From Candidatus Altiarchaeota archaeon (GTDB taxonomy: Archaea; Altiarchaeota; Altiarchaeia; IMC4; SCGC-AAA252-I15): 64,000 bases of DNA. A program made the translations under genes and the position numbers. Position 1 is the first letter of the stretch. Every line of letters starts with the position of its first letter. The stretch spans positions 1-64,000 of the forward strand of contig JAZDNF010000010.1 in assembly GCA_043800255.1 (NCBI GenBank). Direction: 5' to 3'. The notes under the pieces are model-generated. The model searched no databases. It saw nothing but the letters and a program-made list of their open reading frames with translations, and was not told the DNA's origin. This document shows positions 29,320 to 39,721 of this stretch, piece by piece.

Positions 29320-30067
29320 GCTGAAGCTGGAGGATGGGCAAAGGTCTGGGAATTTGCCTAATCTAAAGGACCCTCTCGTGGAGAAGGCCCTGAGATTGTA
29401 TGACCTCCGTGAGGGCGTTAGCGTAGATCCGACGGAGGCTGGTTTTTGGGATTATCATAATGATGTTACCTTTGAGGCTGGGGACTTGAATGTCAGCCCA
29501 TCCCAGCTTCAGGAGGTGTACTCTTCTCTGGAGTCAAGGCATGGTGGCGACTCTCAGTTTTCAATCAGGGCAGGGTTACTGATGACCGCTTTAATCCAGA
29601 GTTCAAAAGCCAGTGAGTTCAATCTGACAGTGGCATCGCCCCTCGATTATATCGGCTTCAGTCTGAGAGCAGAGAACAACGCGGATAAGAGGGTCACGAT
29701 AAACGGGAATGTGGGAGACCACACCGGCGACAGGATGAGGGGAGGAGAAATCCATGTCACAGGAGACGCTGGAGACTATAGTGGCTATTCGATGCACGGT
29801 GGCATCATCAGGGTGGACGGCAGCGTGAAAGACGACACCGGGGTTGCGATGGTATCCGGTAAGATAGAGGTTGGCGGGAACGCCGGCCAGCGGACTGCCA
29901 GGCTGATGCGCGGCGGCGAAGTGCACGTTCACGGCAACGCCGGGGACGAGACAGCAGACCAGATTGAGGCCGGAACCCTGAAGGTGGACGGAACAGTCTC
30001 CCATTACGGCGATATTCCACCGACCAGCCCTACGTTAAGAATCTACGAGGGAGGCAAGCTGAGATGA
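29297..30067 (+). CDS. Array gene A4
   Basis: Leader and coils; 5' part nearly identical to A5. Confidence 0.9.
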   Translation: MTGTRVVKLKLEDGQRSGNLPNLKDPLVEKALRLYDLREGVSVDPTEAGFWDYHNDVTFEAGDLNVSPSQLQEVYSSLESRHGGDSQFSIRAGLLMTALIQSSKASEFNLTVASPLDYIGFSLRAENNADKRVTINGNVGDHTGDRMRGGEIHVTGDAGDYSGYSMHGGIIRVDGSVKDDTGVAMVSGKIEVGGNAGQRTARLMRGGEVHVHGNAGDETADQIEAGTLKVDGTVSHYGDIPPTSPTLRIYEGGKLR

Positions 30068-30822
30068 CCGGAACCAAGATTGTCAAACTGAGGTTGGAGG
30101 GTGGGCAAAGGTCTGGGAATTTGCCTAATCTAAAGGACCCCCTTGTTGAGAAGGCCCTGAGATTGTATGACCTCCGTGAGGGCGTTAGCGTAGATCCGAC
30201 GGAGGCTGGTTTTTGGGATTATCATAATGATGTTACCTTTGAGGCTGAGGGTTTGAACGTCAACTCAGAGCAGCTTCAGAAGGTATATCCGTCTCTGGAG
30301 TCAAGGCATGGTGGCGACCCCCAGTTTTCTATACGAGCGGGGCTGCTGCTGACCGCGTTAATCCAGAACTCAGCAGAGAAGGAGTTTAATCTCATCATCG
30401 GCTCTCCCCTGGATTATGTTGGTTTTAACCTGGAGGAGGATAAGAAGGTCACAATCAACGGGAACGTCGGCAATAATGTCTGCGAGCGAATGTTCGCAGG
30501 AACGGTCGAAGTCAACGGCAATGCGGGAAACAATATTGGAAATTGGATGGCAGATGGGAAAATCATAGTCAGAGGGAACGTGGGAGACGAGGCCTGCTGG
30601 GGTATGAAAGGGGGCGAGTTGATTGTAGACGGCAATGCTGGGGAAAGAACCGGAGGATGGCTGGAAAACGGGAGAATATCCGTGAGAGGTGACGTCGGAT
30701 CTGATACAGGCTTTAAGATGTACAGCGGCAGGATCGAGGTTGGTGGCATCGTCGGAGGGATAAGCTCTGCCATCAAAGGCGGCGAAATCTACAACAAAGG
30801 AAAGAAGGTGTGGCCCAAATGA
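30064..30822 (+). CDS. Array gene A5
   Basis: Leader and coils; ATGA overlap. Confidence 0.9.
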   Translation: MTGTKIVKLRLEGGQRSGNLPNLKDPLVEKALRLYDLREGVSVDPTEAGFWDYHNDVTFEAEGLNVNSEQLQKVYPSLESRHGGDPQFSIRAGLLLTALIQNSAEKEFNLIIGSPLDYVGFNLEEDKKVTINGNVGNNVCERMFAGTVEVNGNAGNNIGNWMADGKIIVRGNVGDEACWGMKGGELIVDGNAGERTGGWLENGRISVRGDVGSDTGFKMYSGRIEVGGIVGGISSAIKGGEIYNKGKKVWPK

Positions 30823-31682
30823 CGGGAACAAAAATCGTGAAGTTGAAGTTGGAGGGGGGTGGTGATGAGAAGCTGCCGAAGCTTATGGTGGAGCCTGCCA
30901 TAGAGAAGGCGCTGAAGTTATGCAATTCCCAGGAACTTGGAGTATACTATAAGTTTCGTCAAAGCGTCATAGAGGGTTCCAGGGGTTTTGATTTCGATTC
31001 AAAGCAGGTTCAGAAGCTGATATACGCTCTCGAGGCGCAACATGGGGACGATAAGGACTATACCCAAAAGGCTGGAGTCTTCCTATCAGCCATCATGCAG
31101 GGCTCAACTGTCAAAGAATTTAACATAACGGTGGTGAAGCCGCTTGACTGGCTGTGTTACATGCTGGAAGGGGGCAAGAATGTCACAATCAATGGGACCG
31201 TAGGAGCGAACCTGGGGGACCAGATGAAAGACGGGAAGATAACAGTCAACGGCGATGCCGGGATGAGCGTCGGCAACGAGGCCTTCGGGGGCAGGATTAT
31301 CGTGAACGGCAATGCCGGGGAATTCGTCGGAAACGGGATGGCAGGCGGCAACGTCCTCGTAAAAGGTAATGCAGCCGGCCGCGCAGGCTACAAGATGGAA
31401 GCAGGAGACATCACGATAGCGGGCTCATGCGGTGACGGACTCGGCCAGTGGATGTTGGCTGGGAACATACACGTGAAAAAGAACGCAGGCAATGATACGG
31501 GCCTTGGAATCAAAGGCGGCAAGCTGAAGGTGGACGGAGATGTTGGGGAGAACACCGGCTGGAACATGGAAAAAGGAATCATAGAGCTTGGAGGAGACTA
31601 CAAAAGCTTAAGCGAGGACATCCAAGGCGGCAGAATACTCCACAAGGGCAAACAAATTTGGCCTGTGGAAACCACAAGATGA
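30819..31682 (+). CDS. Array gene A6
   Basis: Start moved to MTGTK at the ATGA overlap. Confidence 0.9.
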   Translation: MTGTKIVKLKLEGGGDEKLPKLMVEPAIEKALKLCNSQELGVYYKFRQSVIEGSRGFDFDSKQVQKLIYALEAQHGDDKDYTQKAGVFLSAIMQGSTVKEFNITVVKPLDWLCYMLEGGKNVTINGTVGANLGDQMKDGKITVNGDAGMSVGNEAFGGRIIVNGNAGEFVGNGMAGGNVLVKGNAAGRAGYKMEAGDITIAGSCGDGLGQWMLAGNIHVKKNAGNDTGLGIKGGKLKVDGDVGENTGWNMEKGIIELGGDYKSLSEDIQGGRILHKGKQIWPVETTR

Positions 31683-32365
31683 CCCGCACCAAGATTGTCA
31701 AGCTGAAGCTGGATGAGAGCGGCACAGCTGACAGGCTCCCACAGCTGAGGGATAACGCTTTAGATGAGGTCGTGGAGAAAGCTGTTCAATTGTTCGGCGA
31801 GACTGAGATGCCTACAGAGTGGAGGAATGACGCCGTCCCCCAGGGCAGGCGGGATTGTCCCTGGAAGTACAAAGACCTGATGCTGGAGGAGGGCAGGAAA
31901 TTGGATGTGACATCTGACCAGTTGCAGACTATTCTTACTGTGGTCGAGAGCAGGTTCTCAGACCAAAAAGGTTTCTCAGAGAGGCTGGGTCTGTTCCTGA
32001 CCGGGTTGATAGAAGGTTCCACTTCTAACGAGTTCAGAATCAAGCCGACAACGTTGATAACAGATTTATGCTATCACCTAAAAGCTGATAAAAAAGTAAC
32101 TGTGGAAGGCGATATTGGGGATGATGTGTGTTTTCAGATGGCGGCGGGGAGGGTTCACATAAAAGGCAATGCTGGGGAAAGTTTAGGTCAATGGATGAAC
32201 GATGGTCACATAATAGTTGACGGCAACGCCGGCAGATACTGCGGCGTAAGCATCAAAGACGGCAAAATTGAGGTCGGCGGCGAAATCGCCGAAAAATACT
32301 ACTGCTCGCGTGAAGGCGGCGAAGTCTGGGAGAAAGGCAAGAGGATATTCCCAAGAGTAAGATGA
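31679..32365 (+). CDS. Array gene A7 (PW subfamily)
   Basis: MTRTK start at the ATGA overlap. Confidence 0.9.
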   Translation: MTRTKIVKLKLDESGTADRLPQLRDNALDEVVEKAVQLFGETEMPTEWRNDAVPQGRRDCPWKYKDLMLEEGRKLDVTSDQLQTILTVVESRFSDQKGFSERLGLFLTGLIEGSTSNEFRIKPTTLITDLCYHLKADKKVTVEGDIGDDVCFQMAAGRVHIKGNAGESLGQWMNDGHIIVDGNAGRYCGVSIKDGKIEVGGEIAEKYYCSREGGEVWEKGKRIFPRVR

Positions 32366-33294
32366 CAGGCACCAAAATCGTGAAGCTGAAGCTGGAGGGG
32401 GGCGGAGCAGCTGACCGGCTGCCTCAGTTGAGAGAGCCTAGCAGGCCTGTGGAAGTCGATGAGTTGGTGAGCCTTTATGATAAGGTGATTGTGCCTGAGA
32501 ATGAGACGTGGAATGTGGGAAAATACTATGAAGGTTATCTTGCTGAGACCAATGGGATGGACACAAATCCCAAGCAGCTTCAGGAGGTGCTTGACAGGCT
32601 TGAGGAAAACTACGGCCAGGAGAGGGACTACTCTGAGAAGGCAGGGTCCCTGCTGACTGCGCTGATGCAGAATTCGCATCACAAGCTCTTCGAGTTGAAG
32701 TCTGAGCTACCCCTGTCTCGTCTCGGTTTCAGGCTTTCTGGGAGAAAGAGCGTCAGCATATCAGGCGATGTCGGGTCTGACGTTGGCAGGGAAATGGAAA
32801 ACGGTTTCATAACTGTCAATGGACACAGCGGAGACGAGCTGGGGATGGAGATGAAAGGCGGCAGGATTGTGGTCGAAAAAACCGCCAAAGACCGTGCAGG
32901 ATACAAGATGGCAGGGGGCACGATTCACGTCAAAGGGGAAGTTAATGAGGAGGCCGGCAGGCTTATGACGGCAGGCACGATCGTGATCGAAAAAAATGCG
33001 GGAGTACTCACCGGCGATGGCATGGAAGGCGGCAGCATCCATGTTAAAGGGGATGCCACAGAAAAGACAGGTTTCATGATGAAAGGCGGCAGCATACTGG
33101 TGGACGGTAATGCTGGTCCAGACACAGGGTGCATGATGAAAGGCGGCTTCATACACGTCAAAGGCAACGCCTACCAGCAGACTGGGCCGCTGGCTGAGGG
33201 CGGCAAAATCATCATAGACAAGTGGGGCATGAGCGGCGGAGGCATCAAAGAAGGGTGCGAACTCTGGATAAACGGAAAAAAGGAGAACCCATGA
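32362..33294 (+). CDS. Array gene A8
   Basis: Leader and long beta-helix. Confidence 0.9.
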   Translation: MTGTKIVKLKLEGGGAADRLPQLREPSRPVEVDELVSLYDKVIVPENETWNVGKYYEGYLAETNGMDTNPKQLQEVLDRLEENYGQERDYSEKAGSLLTALMQNSHHKLFELKSELPLSRLGFRLSGRKSVSISGDVGSDVGREMENGFITVNGHSGDELGMEMKGGRIVVEKTAKDRAGYKMAGGTIHVKGEVNEEAGRLMTAGTIVIEKNAGVLTGDGMEGGSIHVKGDATEKTGFMMKGGSILVDGNAGPDTGCMMKGGFIHVKGNAYQQTGPLAEGGKIIIDKWGMSGGGIKEGCELWINGKKENP

Positions 33295-34076
33295 CAGGAA
33301 CGAAGATAGTCAAGCTCAGGCTGGAAGATGGTGGTGCTGGCGACAAACTGCCGGAGTTGAGGGGCCGGGTTGACGAGTCTGTTCTAGGCAGGGCGCTTGA
33401 GATTTTCGAAACCACAGAGCATCAGGAAGACAGAGCTTATCATCAGCGTCTCGCTGGTGAGATATCGAATGCGGGTTTGGACATTGATAACATTACGCTG
33501 CAGGCGGTGGTTGATACCCTAGAGAAGAAGCATGCTGACGAGAAATACGATTCGACGGCTAATGAAATACACAAGAATATCGGATCGTATCAGAACAGGG
33601 CGGGCCTGCTGTATACTGCCTTGGTTCAGGCTTCCAGCAGGGACGAGTTCAAGATCAAAATGCGGAAGCCTGTTAATTTCTTGGGGCATGTTCTTGATGG
33701 AAAGAAGATCATAGTAGACGGTGATGTCGGCCACAAGGTCGGGTGGGAGATGAAACACGGAGAGATTATCGTTAACGGGAATGCCGGAATGTGGGCTGGC
33801 ATGAGCAAGCTGAATGGGAATATACATATCAAAAAGAATGCTGGGAAGTACGCAGGCAGTTGGGCGAGGGCTGGCGAAATAACAGTAGACGGTGACACTG
33901 ATGCAGGGACCGGACAGTTCCTATGCGGCGGAAGGGTTACCGTAATGGGAGACGCCAAGGGGAGTGAGACCGGTTCCAACTCCTCGTTCGGCACGATCGA
34001 TGTGAAAGGTGTGATAGAGAACATCAGCCCTAAAGTCGGGGCGACAATATACGAAAAAGGAATCAAGAAAAGATGA
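33291..34076 (+). CDS. Array gene A9
   Basis: Start moved to MTGTK at the ATGA overlap. Confidence 0.9.
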   Translation: MTGTKIVKLRLEDGGAGDKLPELRGRVDESVLGRALEIFETTEHQEDRAYHQRLAGEISNAGLDIDNITLQAVVDTLEKKHADEKYDSTANEIHKNIGSYQNRAGLLYTALVQASSRDEFKIKMRKPVNFLGHVLDGKKIIVDGDVGHKVGWEMKHGEIIVNGNAGMWAGMSKLNGNIHIKKNAGKYAGSWARAGEITVDGDTDAGTGQFLCGGRVTVMGDAKGSETGSNSSFGTIDVKGVIENISPKVGATIYEKGIKKR

Positions 34077-34750
34077 CCGGCACGAAGATTATCAAGTTGA
34101 GGTTGGATGATGGTGGTGTCGCCGACAGGCTTCCCCAGTTGAAGGATAACGCTCTGGATGAAGTCGTGGAGAAAGCTGTCGGCTTGTTCGAGAGGACTGA
34201 GATGCCCAGAGAGTGGGAGGAGGGTTTCTCGCCAGGCTGGTCTGAGGAACCGTGGAATTATAAAAAAATCATCTTGGAGGAGGGCAAGAAATTGGATGTG
34301 ACTCCCAGTCAGCTGCAGCTCATACTCACTTCCCTTGAGAGTAGGTTTCCAGACGAAGAAGGTTTCGGGGAGAGGCTGGGCATATTCCTGACCGCGTTGA
34401 TTGAAGGCTCCACTCATGAGGAGTTCACATTGCGGCCTACGACCCTGCTAAGTGATTTCGGCTACCAGCTAGAAGCGGATAAGAATATTACTGTGGAAGG
34501 CGATGTCGGGGACAATAATTTCTACAGGGTGAAGAAGGCGAAGATTCACGTGAAAGGGAACGCAGGTGATGAGATTGGCCATGACCTGGATGGCGGCCAC
34601 ATCCTAATCGACGGAGACTGCGGGGAGGGCTGCGGCCGCAGGATGAAGAAGGGCAAGATCGAGGTCGGCGGGAAGATAGAGAACACGTACGGCTGCGCTA
34701 GATACGGCGGACAAGTCTGGGAAAAAGGCAAAAAAGTGTACCCACTATGA
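34073..34750 (+). CDS. Array gene A10 (PW subfamily)
   Basis: Leader, ERLGIFLTAL and coils. Confidence 0.9.
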   Translation: MTGTKIIKLRLDDGGVADRLPQLKDNALDEVVEKAVGLFERTEMPREWEEGFSPGWSEEPWNYKKIILEEGKKLDVTPSQLQLILTSLESRFPDEEGFGERLGIFLTALIEGSTHEEFTLRPTTLLSDFGYQLEADKNITVEGDVGDNNFYRVKKAKIHVKGNAGDEIGHDLDGGHILIDGDCGEGCGRRMKKGKIEVGGKIENTYGCARYGGQVWEKGKKVYPL

Positions 34751-35382
34751 CAGGAACCAAGGTTGTTAAACTGAAGCTTGATGGGGAGGGGCATGAGAAA
34801 CTTCCCAAGCTGATGGATGACAAGGTCGTAGTGGAGGCGGCTTTGGGAATCTACGGGGGGACGAAGTACCAGGGAGAATGGGGTGAGATTCCCAAGTACC
34901 ATCAGGAGGTGATGCGAAAGGCTGGGGAGTTGAACGTTAACACAATACAATTGCAGAAGATTATTGATATCCTATACGGAGAATTTGGCGGCGGGAAGGA
35001 GCTTGATAAAAAATTGGGGCTTTTCACGACGGCGCTGATACAGGCCTCATCGCACGACAAGTTCAGCATCAAACCTCCCCTGCCCATGTCCTGGCTCGGA
35101 TTTCAGCTCAAAGGCAACAAGAATATTACCGTAGAAGGGGACGCGTGGAATTGGGTCGGATTTGAGATGGAAGGCGGAACGCTGAGGATAGGCGGGAACG
35201 TGGGCGACGATCTTGGTTGGGGTATGAAGGGCGGCAGGATTGAGGTTGGGAAGGAGGCAGGGCACAATGCTGGCAACCAGATGGAAGGCGGGACGATAGA
35301 CGTGAAAGAGAAAATTCGAAGTGTGAGCTCGCTGGTTAAAGGCGGCGAGATAATCATAGCGGGTGTGAAGGTCAGGCCATGA
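34747..35382 (+). CDS. Array gene A11
   Basis: Leader and short beta-helix. Confidence 0.9.
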   Translation: MTGTKVVKLKLDGEGHEKLPKLMDDKVVVEAALGIYGGTKYQGEWGEIPKYHQEVMRKAGELNVNTIQLQKIIDILYGEFGGGKELDKKLGLFTTALIQASSHDKFSIKPPLPMSWLGFQLKGNKNITVEGDAWNWVGFEMEGGTLRIGGNVGDDLGWGMKGGRIEVGKEAGHNAGNQMEGGTIDVKEKIRSVSSLVKGGEIIIAGVKVRP

Positions 35383-36239
35383 CAGGGACCAAGATAGTTA
35401 AGCTGAGGTTGGAGGATGGGCAGGCGGGGAAACTTCCAAACCTGAAGGATTCTGCTGTGGATCAGGCCCTGAAATTGTATAAGGAGATGCCGTGGGTCGT
35501 CCAGACTCAATACTATAATGATACTCTCGAGCATTCGAGAAGGCTTAACCTGAACCAGAACCAGGTTCAGGCTCTGGTTAATGCCATGGAGGAGGGGCCC
35601 CCCAAGGATTCGAACTATGCCGGCTCGGCAGGCCTCTTCCTGTCAGCCATGGTGCAGGGCTCAACCAATAAATGTTTTGAGCTGGCGACGAAGGTGCCAC
35701 TGTCCTATCTCGGCTACCGCCTGGAGGGTGACAAGACCCTCATAGTTGAAGGCGATGTCGAGGACAGGCTCGGCTATGGGATGAAAAGCGGCAGAATCAT
35801 CGTGAAAGGTAGCGCCCGGGACTGGGTGGGCGGCATGATGACTGGCGGAGACATACTAATAGAAAAGGATGCTAGGGATTTCGTCGGAGGGACTATGGAA
35901 GGGGGCAACATACTCGTGAAAGGAGACTCGCGCCAGGCTCCTGGATTCAACATGGCCGACGGTAAAATCATAATAGACGGTTCATGCGCCGAATTGGCAG
36001 GCCGAGGGATGAGGAACGGGTTCCTGCATGTGAAAGGGAATGCTGGCATATGGGCTGCTAAGTGGCTGATTGGCGGGAAGGTGAGAATAGATGGGAATGT
36101 TGGGGCTGAAGCCGCGTTGAAGATGTCAGGCGGAGTCTTGGAAATAGGGGGCAGTATGGAAGGCCTGTCGCCGGAGAAAACAGGGGGGACAGTATTCTAC
36201 AAGGGCAGGCAAATCTGGCCTGTGGAAACCACAAGATGA
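35379..36239 (+). CDS. Array gene A12
   Basis: Leader and coils; ends QIWPVETTR like A6. Confidence 0.9.
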   Translation: MTGTKIVKLRLEDGQAGKLPNLKDSAVDQALKLYKEMPWVVQTQYYNDTLEHSRRLNLNQNQVQALVNAMEEGPPKDSNYAGSAGLFLSAMVQGSTNKCFELATKVPLSYLGYRLEGDKTLIVEGDVEDRLGYGMKSGRIIVKGSARDWVGGMMTGGDILIEKDARDFVGGTMEGGNILVKGDSRQAPGFNMADGKIIIDGSCAELAGRGMRNGFLHVKGNAGIWAAKWLIGGKVRIDGNVGAEAALKMSGGVLEIGGSMEGLSPEKTGGTVFYKGRQIWPVETTR

Positions 36240-37108
36240 CCGGTACAAAGATCATTAAGTTGAAGCTAGAGGAGGGCGGAACGGCTGATAAGCTGCCTAG
36301 TTTGAAGGTTGACGTCGTTGATAAGGGCATGGTGGATAAGGCTTTGGGCGTTTATAGGGAGACGATGCATATGGGCAATTTCACGGCCCATCCTGAGGAG
36401 AAGCATGATGAGTATCATCAGAGTGTTCTGGAGGCGACTAAGGATTGTAATGTCAACTCCGCCACTCTCGGCATGGTAGCTGATATTCTGCAGTCGAAGG
36501 ATTATGTCGAGGAGATGGAGAGGGCTAAGGGTGCCCAATTTAGGTCAGTCGTTTCCGACAAGATGGGGTTCTTTCTGACTGCGCTGATCCAGAACTCAGA
36601 GCACAGTATGTTCAGAATCAAGGCTACGAAAACTATGGACTATATAGGGTACCAGCTCAAGGGGGACAAGACCATTATAGTGGACGGGAATGTTGGGGTT
36701 GCCACTGGTAGCCAGATGGAAGGCGGGACTATCATAGTGGACGGTTCGGAGCAGTCCCATCTCGGTTCTAACATGAGAGGCGGTTTCATACATCTCAAAG
36801 GAAACGCGAGAGACTATGTCGGCACCAGAATGAGCGGCGGGGAGATAATAATCGACGGAAATGTGGGGACTGTTGTTGGGAGGGAAATGACGGATGGCAA
36901 GATAACAATTGGAGGGAATGTCGAGAGCAACGTTGGCATTGAGATGTCTGGCGGCGAAATCCACATCAAGGGCGACGTAGAACGTGACTGGGTTGGCAGT
37001 GAAATGCGCGGCGGCATCATCAGAGTAGATGGAGAATCCAAGGGCGTAAGTCGTTGGTATAAAAGAGGCGAGATCTGGCACAAAGGAAAGAAGGTGCGGC
37101 CGGAATGA
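36236..37108 (+). CDS. Array gene A13
   Basis: Leader and coils. Confidence 0.9.
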   Translation: MTGTKIIKLKLEEGGTADKLPSLKVDVVDKGMVDKALGVYRETMHMGNFTAHPEEKHDEYHQSVLEATKDCNVNSATLGMVADILQSKDYVEEMERAKGAQFRSVVSDKMGFFLTALIQNSEHSMFRIKATKTMDYIGYQLKGDKTIIVDGNVGVATGSQMEGGTIIVDGSEQSHLGSNMRGGFIHLKGNARDYVGTRMSGGEIIIDGNVGTVVGREMTDGKITIGGNVESNVGIEMSGGEIHIKGDVERDWVGSEMRGGIIRVDGESKGVSRWYKRGEIWHKGKKVRPE

Positions 37109-37899
37109 CAAACACGAAAATAGTCAAACTGAAGCTGGATGAGGAGGGCGGCGAGAAGCTGCCGGCATTGAAGGACCCGACAGTCAGAGAGGTTCTGGGC
37201 GTGTACGACGGTATTCAGAGCTCTCGTGAATCAAAATCTGCCAGATATGACCATATGCTGGGCGCAGTCAAAGGTTTTGATGTGACCGAAACTCAGCTGC
37301 ATGATATTGTCAATGCCCTGGACGGAAGACAAAGGACTTTTGACGATAAGGTCAAGGGCGGGTTGTTCCTGACAGCGTTGGCGCAGAATTCATCAACTAA
37401 TGAGTTCAAGATCAAGGTGGGGACACCCTATGTTGCAGTAGGCTGCAAGCTGGGCATAGGGAAGAAGATAACCGTTGTCGGGGATTTGGGAGAGCAGACA
37501 GGGCGTGAGATGGACGGGGGTACAGTGCATGTGATGGGCAATGCTGGGCAGAAGACCGGAAATCGGATGCGTAGGGGAATGATTATCGTCGAAAAAGACG
37601 CTGACACGCATTTGGGTTACAAGATGTCAGGCGGCAAAATCCATGTTAAAGGAAACGCTTCCGTGTTTGCCGGATGTGAGATGAATGGGGGGGAAATCGA
37701 AATAGACGGGGACTCTGCTGGCGACACGGGCTTCTGCATGCAATCCGGCAGGCTCATCGTTCACAAGAATGTTGGATTGCAGACCGGCGGATGGACGTCC
37801 GGCGGGACGATAGTAGTCGATGGCGAGATTGGAAGCGTACACGAGTACCACAATAAGGGTGAGATAATCCACAAGGGAGTGAGGATTCCGCCAAAATGA
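37105..37899 (+). CDS. Array gene A14
   Basis: MTNTK leader and coils. Confidence 0.9.
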   Translation: MTNTKIVKLKLDEEGGEKLPALKDPTVREVLGVYDGIQSSRESKSARYDHMLGAVKGFDVTETQLHDIVNALDGRQRTFDDKVKGGLFLTALAQNSSTNEFKIKVGTPYVAVGCKLGIGKKITVVGDLGEQTGREMDGGTVHVMGNAGQKTGNRMRRGMIIVEKDADTHLGYKMSGGKIHVKGNASVFAGCEMNGGEIEIDGDSAGDTGFCMQSGRLIVHKNVGLQTGGWTSGGTIVVDGEIGSVHEYHNKGEIIHKGVRIPPK

Positions 37900-38753
37900 C
37901 CGGCACAAAGATTGTAAAATTGAGACTGGACGAGGGGGCTGGCGAGAGGCTTCCCTCATTGAAGAGGCATGCTGTCGCCGCAGCGCTTGGCTTGTGGGAG
38001 ACTACAGAGTACAAAGGTTGGGATGATTCTAAAGGATTCTATGAGAAGCTCATGTGGGAGGCGAAAGAGTATCGTGCGACGGCAAAGGACGTCCAGGCGA
38101 TAGCAGACCAGCTGGAGGAGCGTCACTCCAGCGAAGACTGGTACCCGCAGAAGGCGGGCATACTGCTGACTGTGATGATGCAGAATTCCTCCGAGAGCGA
38201 GTTCACTCTCAAGACTGAGACGCATCTGGCCTATGTGGGCTATCGGCTGTTTGGGGGGAAGAAGATAACTGTGGAAGGCGATGTCGCATCCAACGTCGGC
38301 AGGCACATGACCGAAGGGCACATCCACGTGAAAGGGGAGGCCGGTTCAAACGCAGGACATCATATGATGAACAGCACCCTCCGCATTGAAAAGGACGCTG
38401 AAGGCTGGCTAGGCGAGAGCATGGGCGAGAACAGCAGCATCTACGTCGGCGGGAAGGCAGGAGGCAGTGTCGGAGAGGGCATGTGGGGTGGCAAGATAGA
38501 AGTCGTCGGCGACGTGGGCGACAACGCCGGGAAGAGAATGCAGAAGGGAGAACTCATCATAGGAGGGAACGCTGGAAACAATCTCGGGGAGAACATGAGC
38601 GGCGGCCACATCCATGTCAAAGGAAACTGCGGGTGGGGCACTGCCGACTGCATCGGCAGGGGCAGGATAGACATAGACGGGAACGTGAAAAACTTCGGCT
38701 ACATCGGCATAAACAAAGAAGTCTACCACAAAGGCAAGAGGACAAAAGGATGA
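37896..38753 (+). CDS. Array gene A15
   Basis: Leader and coils; close paralog of A23. Confidence 0.9.
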   Translation: MTGTKIVKLRLDEGAGERLPSLKRHAVAAALGLWETTEYKGWDDSKGFYEKLMWEAKEYRATAKDVQAIADQLEERHSSEDWYPQKAGILLTVMMQNSSESEFTLKTETHLAYVGYRLFGGKKITVEGDVASNVGRHMTEGHIHVKGEAGSNAGHHMMNSTLRIEKDAEGWLGESMGENSSIYVGGKAGGSVGEGMWGGKIEVVGDVGDNAGKRMQKGELIIGGNAGNNLGENMSGGHIHVKGNCGWGTADCIGRGRIDIDGNVKNFGYIGINKEVYHKGKRTKG

Positions 38754-39721
38754 CAGGCACGAAAGTTGTTAAACTAAAATTGGAGGATGGCGGCGCTGAC
38801 CGGCTTCCAAGGTTGAAGTCTGTAGTCGGAGAAGCGGTTAACCTGTTCAGCATGATAGAGTATCCCGTGCCTGGGGGTGGCGAGGAGCATGCGTTTTATG
38901 AAAAAGTAATGAAATCAAGCAGAGGATGGAATTTCACATCAGACCAGCTGCAGCAGGTATATGACGGCCTTGAGGGAACCTACTCTCGTGACGACTTCTC
39001 ATACAAGTCGGGCGTCTTTCTCACGGCGTTGATGCAAAACTCGAGCAGCAGTGACTTCACGCTTAAAGTAAGGAGCAGACTGTATTTTCTGGGAATCAAT
39101 CTCACAGAAGGTAAGAGCCTCACTGTCGAAGGCGATGTCGGAGGATTCACAGGAGATAGTATGTCAGGTGGCATAATCCGCGTAAAAGGAGACGTTGAAC
39201 ACTCAACAGGGAATGGCATGACCGGTGGCAGATTAGAAGTTGAAGGCAAAGCCAGAACGTTTGTGGGCTCTTGGATGCGAGGAGGGAGCATACACGTGAA
39301 CTCTGATGCGCAAGATGGGGTAGGCGTGCATATGGAAGAAGGCGAAATAACGATAAATAGAAGCGCTGGAAAAAACGTCGGATCCAATATGAAAGGGGGA
39401 AAAATAACAATCGGCGAGGATGTTGGAGAATCTGCCGGCTGGAATATGCAAGCCGGCAGTATACTAGTGAAGAGAGATGCCGATGATAGTGCTGGAGACA
39501 GCATGCGCGGCGGACACCTTGAGATAGGGCGCAACGCAGGTAACTCGACAGGACATGAGTTAAGAGGCGGCACAGTACACGTCAAAGGAAATGCTGGAAA
39601 CTGGACAGGCGAAAAAATGGAAGCAGGCATCCTAAAAATCGAAGGAAATATACGGGGGATGTCTAAAGACATCAGAGGCGGCGAAATCTGGGAAGGCGAT
39701 AGGCGGGTGTGGCCGAAATGA
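38750..39721 (+). CDS. Array gene A16
   Basis: Start moved to MTGTK at the ATGA overlap; long beta-helix. Confidence 0.9.
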   Translation: MTGTKVVKLKLEDGGADRLPRLKSVVGEAVNLFSMIEYPVPGGGEEHAFYEKVMKSSRGWNFTSDQLQQVYDGLEGTYSRDDFSYKSGVFLTALMQNSSSSDFTLKVRSRLYFLGINLTEGKSLTVEGDVGGFTGDSMSGGIIRVKGDVEHSTGNGMTGGRLEVEGKARTFVGSWMRGGSIHVNSDAQDGVGVHMEEGEITINRSAGKNVGSNMKGGKITIGEDVGESAGWNMQAGSILVKRDADDSAGDSMRGGHLEIGRNAGNSTGHELRGGTVHVKGNAGNWTGEKMEAGILKIEGNIRGMSKDIRGGEIWEGDRRVWPK

